Shown: positions 24,571 to 30,838 of the stretch, one piece after another
How positions within the stretch are numbered: position 1 is the stretch's first letter
How the letters are laid out: each line of letters opens with the position of its first letter
DNA from: a virus
Lineage: Duplodnaviria; Caudoviricetes
Strand: one strand, 5' to 3'
DNA: 33,490 nt
Virus record (IMG/VR): IMGVR_UViG_3300017727_000068
Span: 1-33,490 of that record
Program-made: the position numbers and the translations under genes
The notes under the pieces: model-generated
Databases searched by the model: none
The model's input: the letters and a program-made list of their open reading frames with translations, nothing else
Told to the model about the DNA's origin: nothing

Positions 24571-26307
24571 TTAAGCTATTGTATAAATGTTTATTGGCTT
24601 TTCTTTGCCTTTTACATGGATAGAGTCTAACTTTTGGTACATCGTACCATTATAATTCTTAATAGTTTCTTCACCTATAACTAAATCCTTACCTACAGTC
24701 TTACAACTAGACTCTAAACGAGCTGCTAAATTTACAGCATCACCTATAGCTGTGTAATCAAACCTAGTATCGCTTCCCATATTACCTATCACAGCATCAC
24801 CTGTATTTACACCGATACCTATATCAATATCTAAATCTGATTCTTTCATTTTAGTTTTTATTTCTAACGCTGCTAAGATTGCTTGATGTTCATGTTTCTT
24901 TAAATCCATAGGTGCATTAAATATAGCCATCATTGCATCGCCTATATATTTATCTACCATCCCACCATACTTTTTAACTGCATCAGCTTGGATAGTTAAA
25001 GCTTTGTTCATAATCTCTGTGACTTCTTCCGGTTCTAACTTCTCTGATAAACTTGTAAAGCCTCTGACATCTGTAAATAAAAAGGTACATCTTCTTCTTT
25101 CACCACCTAATTTTAAAAGCTCTGGATTATTCTGTAATCTTTTAACTTGTGCTGGGTCAAGGTAATGTTCAAATTGTTTTTTAATTTGTTGACGTAGTTT
25201 AAACTGTGTCCTAAAATTAAGATAGAATTGTTGAGTTGCAATAAGTGTCATACTTATCATACTCCATGTAACGTCTATCAAGTATCCAATAGAAATAAAG
25301 TAATATCCTAAGTATGCGATTGCAGACATTAAGATACCAAATGATATAACACCATAGGTCACACCAAGATAAGACAGGAGGAACGCTGTGAGTAAGCCTG
25401 AGATACATAATATAAATAGCTCAGTCAACAATCTAGTATCAGGAATATTAGGAGTATCCAGTAACATACTTTCAGATAGGGCTGCTTGAATCTTATGTGG
25501 TTCTAATAAACCTGTAGGTGTTGCAAGTTGTGGTGATATTCCTTTAGCTGTAAATCCTACGAACACAAACTTGTTAGCAACATTCATTTCTTGTATTGTA
25601 GTTTGTGGTGTATCAACCCAACTAATCCATTTACGACCAAGACTATCTGTAGGTATTGGATTTAATCCTCTTACTCTTATCATCTCAATACCATTTGGAT
25701 TTGTTACAATCTGATATGTCTTACCTCCACCAAGTATCTTCAATACTTCTGTGCCAAAGGAAGCAACCCATCCTTCTGGTGTTTGTTGTAGTAAAGGTAT
25801 TCTTCTTACAAGATTATCTACATCAACTGGAGCAGAGATAGCACCTTGACCTGCAGACTGTTTAAACGTTGTTATGTTCTCTATGAATCCTCCGGCTTTC
25901 GGTAAGTTTACATCTGGTCCTTTAATAACTGTACCATGTGTTGCAGGATATAAACCATTATCTAACTCTGGCATACCTATAACAGATGGAGAACTTTGTA
26001 AAGCTATAGAGAATGCATCATCTCCTCCTAGTCTATCCGGATGTGGAAATAACATGACCCATCCTACACCTAAAGCTCCTGCTTCTATTAATTGATTATG
26101 TATATCAGCTAATCTTTGTCTGGGTAAGGGGTATCCTCCCTCATCATTCAGGTCTTGTTCGGTAATGTTTAGTATAGAAAAATATCCAGTAGGTTCTGGA
26201 GTTTGTACGAAAGTATCAAAGGTCTTAAGCCTAAGTATTTCTAAAGGTACAGAGTTAAAAAGTAAAGGTACAAGTAAGAGTCCAAGTAAAGGTAAAGACC
26301 ACTTCAT
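24571..26307 (-). CDS. CHASE2-domain class III adenylate cyclase
   Basis: N-terminal TM, CHASE2 (G.YP.PR...A, DVDNLVRRIPL), three TMs, and cyclase motifs FTDVRGFT, DKYIGDA and YTAIGDAVNLAARLES. Confidence 0.93.
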   Translation of the reverse strand: MKWSLPLLGLLLVPLLFNSVPLEILRLKTFDTFVQTPEPTGYFSILNITEQDLNDEGGYPLPRQRLADIHNQLIEAGALGVGWVMLFPHPDRLGGDDAFSIALQSSPSVIGMPELDNGLYPATHGTVIKGPDVNLPKAGGFIENITTFKQSAGQGAISAPVDVDNLVRRIPLLQQTPEGWVASFGTEVLKILGGGKTYQIVTNPNGIEMIRVRGLNPIPTDSLGRKWISWVDTPQTTIQEMNVANKFVFVGFTAKGISPQLATPTGLLEPHKIQAALSESMLLDTPNIPDTRLLTELFILCISGLLTAFLLSYLGVTYGVISFGILMSAIAYLGYYFISIGYLIDVTWSMISMTLIATQQFYLNFRTQFKLRQQIKKQFEHYLDPAQVKRLQNNPELLKLGGERRRCTFLFTDVRGFTSLSEKLEPEEVTEIMNKALTIQADAVKKYGGMVDKYIGDAMMAIFNAPMDLKKHEHQAILAALEIKTKMKESDLDIDIGIGVNTGDAVIGNMGSDTRFDYTAIGDAVNLAARLESSCKTVGKDLVIGEETIKNYNGTMYQKLDSIHVKGKEKPINIYTIA

Positions 26308-26308
26308 A

Positions 26309-27418
26309 TTAATTTCCTTGAGTTATTGTTATAGTAGAGTCACCCCCACCATTCACCACAATCTGTGTGCTCTTGCCATTCTGTATTAGTATGACAGTAT
26401 ATGAACCACTCTTGTCTAAATCTAATCTAACAGTATCTTCTAAAGCTTTATAAAAAGTTATAAGATTGTCTGTGGAAAAAGTATTGATTTGAGTTTCTTG
26501 GTCAAACCCAAATGATGTACCTTTTAAATCTATGTCTGTTTTTAATAGTGTGTTTGTATTATCTAATTCGTTTATGTCTTCAATAATATTTAGTAGGTCT
26601 TCTAAAAAATTTACATCAAGATAATTTATATCTAACTCTGTAAACTCTAACTCATCACCTGCTAAATAGTCCTGCTCTAAATCGTCAAAATCGAGATAAT
26701 CAATATCAAGAACATTACTTGAACTACTACCTCCGTCTTGTCTTCCTGCAACTTCATTCTCCTTTGGTTTACTTACAATCAACATGTTATCAATTAACTC
26801 AAGTGTCAAGTCAAGGATAACTGGTTTAGTGGGTGCAGCTTCAAACATTGAAACTGTTGTAGCTTGGTAAGGCTTGTTAAGTACAACCTCTCCCATAGCT
26901 GTAGCAACTACAATCTCTCCACTAGGTAGACCTTCGTTGTCAGGTAATAAGATAACTAAACTGCGACCTAGTTCATCTACAGTCACAGTAAAATCAGTCC
27001 CACGAATACCTATCGTAGCACTTGGAGTTTTTATAAATATGTTTTGTTTATCTATAGTTGCTAGTTTTCCTGTGATAAATCTTGCAGTACCACTAGCAAA
27101 CTGTAGAGCCATCTTAGATTTAGATGGGTCAGGGTCATATATAAACTCATCAATTATGAGTTCAGAATGTTCAGTCAATCTAACTTGACTATCATCTAGA
27201 AACGTAATGCCCACTCTCCCATTAGAAGTTTGGACATTATCGTAACTATTTATGTTGAAAGATAATGAAGCTTCGTAAGTATTGTCTCTTACAACTCTAC
27301 CAAAACCTTTAAGTTCTGTAATGCTGCCTATATCAGCAACCGACTGCTGTTCCCCCATCGTTCTGGATGACACAAACAGTACCACTAGAACCAGTAGAAA
27401 GTATCTTAAGCCAATCAT
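26309..27418 (-). CDS. Exported FecR-domain protein
   Basis: Signal/TM, D.VQT..GR..I.F.DDS.V.L..HS.L.ID, TPSATIGIRGTDF, acidic C-terminal half. Confidence 0.85.
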   Translation of the reverse strand: MIGLRYFLLVLVVLFVSSRTMGEQQSVADIGSITELKGFGRVVRDNTYEASLSFNINSYDNVQTSNGRVGITFLDDSQVRLTEHSELIIDEFIYDPDPSKSKMALQFASGTARFITGKLATIDKQNIFIKTPSATIGIRGTDFTVTVDELGRSLVILLPDNEGLPSGEIVVATAMGEVVLNKPYQATTVSMFEAAPTKPVILDLTLELIDNMLIVSKPKENEVAGRQDGGSSSSNVLDIDYLDFDDLEQDYLAGDELEFTELDINYLDVNFLEDLLNIIEDINELDNTNTLLKTDIDLKGTSFGFDQETQINTFSTDNLITFYKALEDTVRLDLDKSGSYTVILIQNGKSTQIVVNGGGDSTITITQGN

Positions 27419-28043
27419 TATCCAATGTACTCTGTTGTTGTATGTTAAATGTTCTAGAACTTCCTGTCTGGTCTAAGTAAAAGTAACCACCTGCATAGCC
27501 TTGTCCATCAAAGCTAACCGTGTTTGAATCTCCATCAATATCCATATACGATGTACCACCATCATAATCAATATCAAAGTCAATCGTGTTACCTGAACCA
27601 TTGATTATCCAATCAAGGTCTGTATTACTAGCCATAGCACTTGTCGCTAAGTCAAGCGTAAAAGTGTTAGTACTTCCAGTTACATCAACATTTAAGTTAG
27701 AACTATCTGCTCCGTATGTGTTTGTAGGGTCTACTTGAATTGTGAAACTATTACTGTCTCCATCAAACTCAAAGAAACCTGTCAAACTATCAGCAAGAAT
27801 ATCTCCTAAGAACTTATTAGTATCACCAATTTGATTGATGTCTAATGTCATACCAGTTCCATCTAAATCAAGAGGTGTTAAAGTACCGGCTACGGAATTT
27901 AAACCTCCAATAATATTAGCAGAACCGAGTTGCTCTAAATCAAGATTTGCTGTAGCACCAGATTGCTCAACGTATATTTCATTATCAGCAGCATAAATAC
28001 CTAAAGATATTATAGCTACTAAACTTAATATTATTTTATTCAT
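27333..28043 (-). CDS. Secreted curlin-like (CsgA/CsgB-like) beta-repeat protein
   Basis: Sec signal (..YA-ADNEIY.EQ.G), repeated Q.G..N and .G.SN strand-turn units, N/S/T/G/D-rich, directly after csgG. Confidence 0.65.
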   Translation of the reverse strand: MNKIILSLVAIISLGIYAADNEIYVEQSGATANLDLEQLGSANIIGGLNSVAGTLTPLDLDGTGMTLDINQIGDTNKFLGDILADSLTGFFEFDGDSNSFTIQVDPTNTYGADSSNLNVDVTGSTNTFTLDLATSAMASNTDLDWIINGSGNTIDFDIDYDGGTSYMDIDGDSNTVSFDGQGYAGGYFYLDQTGSSRTFNIQQQSTLDNDWLKILSTGSSGTVCVIQNDGGTAVGC

Positions 28044-28826
28044 ATTCCCAATAGCCTCTCTCTATTCCTATATTTATTATATTTAATACTCCTGTTTCTA
28101 TTGCCTTTTGTAAAGCTATAGAGACAGATTCATTCTCAGCTACACCACCTTCTATTTCTACCAGCTCTGTTTGCTGCTCAATAAAACGAAATATATCCTG
28201 AGAAATACTTGTTGATAAAATGCTCTTGGTCACTAACGTTTCCATTAACACTTCACCAGTTGATACAGAAACTAATCGTAGTGATATTGTAACTGTATCT
28301 TCTCTGTATTGTTTACTGTTACCTATTCCTAAATAACGAGCACCCAATCCACCAGACTTTAGATTAGCCTCATATGAGACTACTCCACCCTGAACTAACA
28401 ATCCTGCAAAGAGCAGGGGTTTTAATTTATTATCTTCTTCAAACTCTTTACGAGTACTTCTAATAAGTTGTCTTTCTTTTGTAAGGTCATCTAATCCTAC
28501 ACGTTCTACAACTCTAAAAAACTTACCATGTGCAGTATGTTTAAACGCCCTAATTAAAAATGCTTCGGGTGCTTGAGTAATAGCTGTACTAAATAATGCA
28601 AAGGTACTATTACTTCTACGCTGCCCTGTTAAATCTTTAAAACTATTTGGGTATATAGCTATCGTTGGCTGAACTTTTGCTGCTGGTAAATTTTGTAAAG
28701 TTTCTGATTGTAGCTCTAGGATATATGGAGACTGTATTTTTTTGTTAATACTAAGTCGTCATTCTCATTTAGAACAGCACAACTAGAAAGTAAAACTGCC
28801 AATAGGCAACTGAATAACCGTGACAT
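28036..28826 (-). pseudogene. csgG: Curli secretion pore CsgG, reading frame split at A7 run (28737-28743)
   Basis: Lipoprotein signal MSRLFSCLLAVLLSSC from 28826. After a -1 shift: FKDLTGQRR, FSTAITQ, FRVVERVGLDDLTKERQLIRSTR, GG.GARYLGIG.S.QYRED.VT.SLR.VSVSTGEVL. Confidence 0.88.
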
Positions 28827-29277
28827 TTCCATCTGCATCCGTAATTGTAAGTGTTATTATATCACCATCACTTGTGTAAGAAATGGTATTCCCTTCAAGT
28901 TCTATAGTACCTTCTGTACTAGGATTCTCCCCAAATAAATTCTCTACTAATTGTCTTGACAGTTGTGCATAAATACGAGACTCCAAGTTTCTTATAAATC
29001 TTGCAAGTGTTGTATTTTCTTTATCTCTTTTAATTTGTTCTTGTAAAGCTTTTAACTCTTCTTTAATAGTCATCTTACGATTGAACTCTTGGTTTTCTAT
29101 TGTAAGATAATGTGAGCTAGTATTGTTACCATTGAAAGATGGTGACTTAAACTTGTGTATCATTTCATCTGCCATACTATTAACAGACCAAAACATAATT
29201 AACATAGACCAAAAGAATATGCAAAACTTGCAGTTTCTAATAGCCTTGTCGCTTTTAAATGTAGGTATTAATTTCAT
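28783..29277 (-). CDS. csgF: Curli assembly protein CsgF-like
   Basis: Signal peptide, F.SPSF.G, F..NLESRIYAQLS.QL...LFG, and adjacent to csgG. Confidence 0.82.
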   Translation of the reverse strand: MKLIPTFKSDKAIRNCKFCIFFWSMLIMFWSVNSMADEMIHKFKSPSFNGNNTSSHYLTIENQEFNRKMTIKEELKALQEQIKRDKENTTLARFIRNLESRIYAQLSRQLVENLFGENPSTEGTIELEGNTISYTSDGDIITLTITDADGNVTVIQLPIGSFTF

Positions 29278-29278
29278 A

Positions 29279-29461
29279 TTAAAATACTGTACTTATTAAT
29301 AACATAGATACACCCATAAATCCTAACACACAAACCTGTATTATAGAAGCTATTGTAATTTGTTTCATAGGATGTACGTCTACAATTTTTTCTATCCAAG
29401 TTTCACTAGGAGCAAGATTTACCACTTGTAAAATTTTCTTGTTAGTCTTTTCGTTGGTCAT
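29279..29461 (-). CDS. Small membrane protein
   Basis: C-terminal hydrophobic helix. Likely start MTNEK. Confidence 0.55.
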   Translation of the reverse strand: MTNEKTNKKILQVVNLAPSETWIEKIVDVHPMKQITIASIIQVCVLGFMGVSMLLISTVF

Positions 29462-29792
29462 CTCTATCTGCTTTCGCAATCTTATCTATCTCTATAAGGT
29501 TTGGTGTACCTAATAAAGTTTTAAGTAGAACATCCTGTCTAATACTTTGATTATCCATTGCTCTTACTCTGTCTATTAAACTAACTATGATACCATATTG
29601 ACTATCTAGTTTAGTTGATACTCGTTCTTCCATCGTATCTAAACTTGCTTGTACTTTATCATCTAAAGTATCTAGCTTTGTTTCCATACCATCAATAATT
29701 CTGTTGATAAGTTTCCATATAAACAAACCTAACCCTAACGCTGCTGCGATTGGAAAGCCTACCTCGTTTATTAAACTTATAACTTCAGCCAT
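29442..29792 (-). CDS. N-terminal TM plus coiled-coil protein (possible lysis accessory)
   Basis: INEVGFPIAAALGLG.FIW followed by heptad repeats. Confidence 0.65.
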   Translation of the reverse strand: MAEVISLINEVGFPIAAALGLGLFIWKLINRIIDGMETKLDTLDDKVQASLDTMEERVSTKLDSQYGIIVSLIDRVRAMDNQSIRQDVLLKTLLGTPNLIEIDKIAKADRDDQRKD

Positions 29793-29914
29793 TCTTTGTA
29801 CCTAAAATAATCCCTACGTTCTGGACACCAATACCAGCCTTTAGGATGTGTTGTTTCTTCTTCTGTCTCTTCCTTCTTCTTGTCCTCGTACCAATGACTT
29901 CCACCGTCTTCCAT
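29777..29914 (-). CDS. 45-aa hypothetical peptide
   Basis: Not in ORF track. TAATG coupling to the holin stop, MEDGGSHWYEDKKKEETEEETTHPKGWYWCPERRDYFRYKEWLKL. Confidence 0.6.
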   Translation of the reverse strand: MEDGGSHWYEDKKKEETEEETTHPKGWYWCPERRDYFRYKEWLKL

Positions 29915-30387
29915 TAGTCTTTGTTGGTGTTTGAAGCACCGAAGTAAAAGCTAATAACAGCACTAGCAAGACCACCAAGATAACCTAATACTAAGTTAAT
30001 TAAAGCTTCTGAGTTCTGCTCTGGTGGTTGAAGGGTAACTAAAAATATATAACCCATGAATCCACCGACTACAGCTATACCCATAATACGAGCTGTCCAA
30101 TCTTTACTAAATTTATTTCTAGCATCTTGACCATCAGCTACTTCTAATTTAAATACATCAACGTCAAGCTCTTTCATCTGTACTTCAAAATCATTCTCAG
30201 CTTTTTTAAGTTCTAGCATTTGTTCAGGAGTAGCTTCTGCTACAGCCTTCTCTATTGCCTTTGGATTGTTAGGACATCCTAAGACATCAGCTATCATATT
30301 AGCTGCCATGCCTCCCATTGGTCCACCTAATGCAGTTCCTAATGTAGGTGCAACAGCTCCAACTATGTTTTTTAATAATGCTTTCAT
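29914..30387 (-). CDS. Putative holin (3TM/GTA-holin-like)
   Basis: APTLGTALGGP.GG, two C-terminal TMs ending ISFYFGAS, directly after the endolysin. Confidence 0.72.
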   Translation of the reverse strand: MKALLKNIVGAVAPTLGTALGGPMGGMAANMIADVLGCPNNPKAIEKAVAEATPEQMLELKKAENDFEVQMKELDVDVFKLEVADGQDARNKFSKDWTARIMGIAVVGGFMGYIFLVTLQPPEQNSEALINLVLGYLGGLASAVISFYFGASNTNKD

Positions 30388-30388
30388 T

Positions 30389-30838
30389 TCATACTCCTAA
30401 TACCATATCTTGTAACTCTTTACTACGTCTACCAACTTGACCAAACCAACGACTGTCTTCCATTTGTACAGCCATTTCTTTCCAGTCATGTCTTCGACAA
30501 GCTCTTAACATATTTTTAAATTTGGCAAGTCTAGAACCACCAAGATTAAAACACATATTAACGATAACATGTTGTATGTCTTCTGGTAATCCATCCCAGT
30601 CTTCGTTTATTCCAAATACATGTTTCGCTTCTATGTAATGTTTTTTAAAATCTTCTTCGTAATACATATCTACAACTTCTTGTGATACTTTCGTTCCTAC
30701 TTCCCAATCATATTCAGGGTCTTGAGGTTGACATAAATGTCCTATACCTAAAGTCTTATATCCTAAACTATCTTCATAAATCTCTAACACTTCTCCTTCG
30801 TGTCTTTTGATTTGTTCTTTGCATACATCTATGTTCAT
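30389..30838 (-). CDS. Endolysin, T4-type lysozyme (GH24)
   Basis: HEG.....Y.DSLG..TLGIGH (E-D-T triad), NM.FNLG, DSRW..QVG.R. Confidence 0.92.
   Translation of the reverse strand: MNIDVCKEQIKRHEGEVLEIYEDSLGYKTLGIGHLCQPQDPEYDWEVGTKVSQEVVDMYYEEDFKKHYIEAKHVFGINEDWDGLPEDIQHVIVNMCFNLGGSRLAKFKNMLRACRRHDWKEMAVQMEDSRWFGQVGRRSKELQDMVLGV

Larger units (their letters stand above)
9329..28546. repeat. Dispersed palindrome GTTTAAAC (at least 25 copies)
   Basis: Starts at 9329, 9571, 10217, 10291, 10629, 10907, 11072, 11281, 11454, 11648, 11958, 12145, 13325, 13946, 14828, 14936, 15710, 16371, 17987, 18088, 18934, 21964, 23666, 25860 and 28539. Confidence 0.9.

Noticed and set aside
24571-26307. Pycsar/CBASS-type defence cyclase
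   Set aside because: It has a CHASE2 plus TM sensor architecture and ATP-type specificity residues, with no adjacent cNMP-binding effector.
28036-28401. Stand-alone 121-aa ORF
   Set aside because: It is the C-terminal part of CsgG. Similarity continues upstream in frame to about 28740.
24571-29277. Host chromosomal contamination or prophage boundary
   Set aside because: The module is flanked on both sides by phage genes, is tightly packed behind the lysis genes and contains two GTTTAAAC copies. A chimeric assembly cannot be fully excluded without reads.
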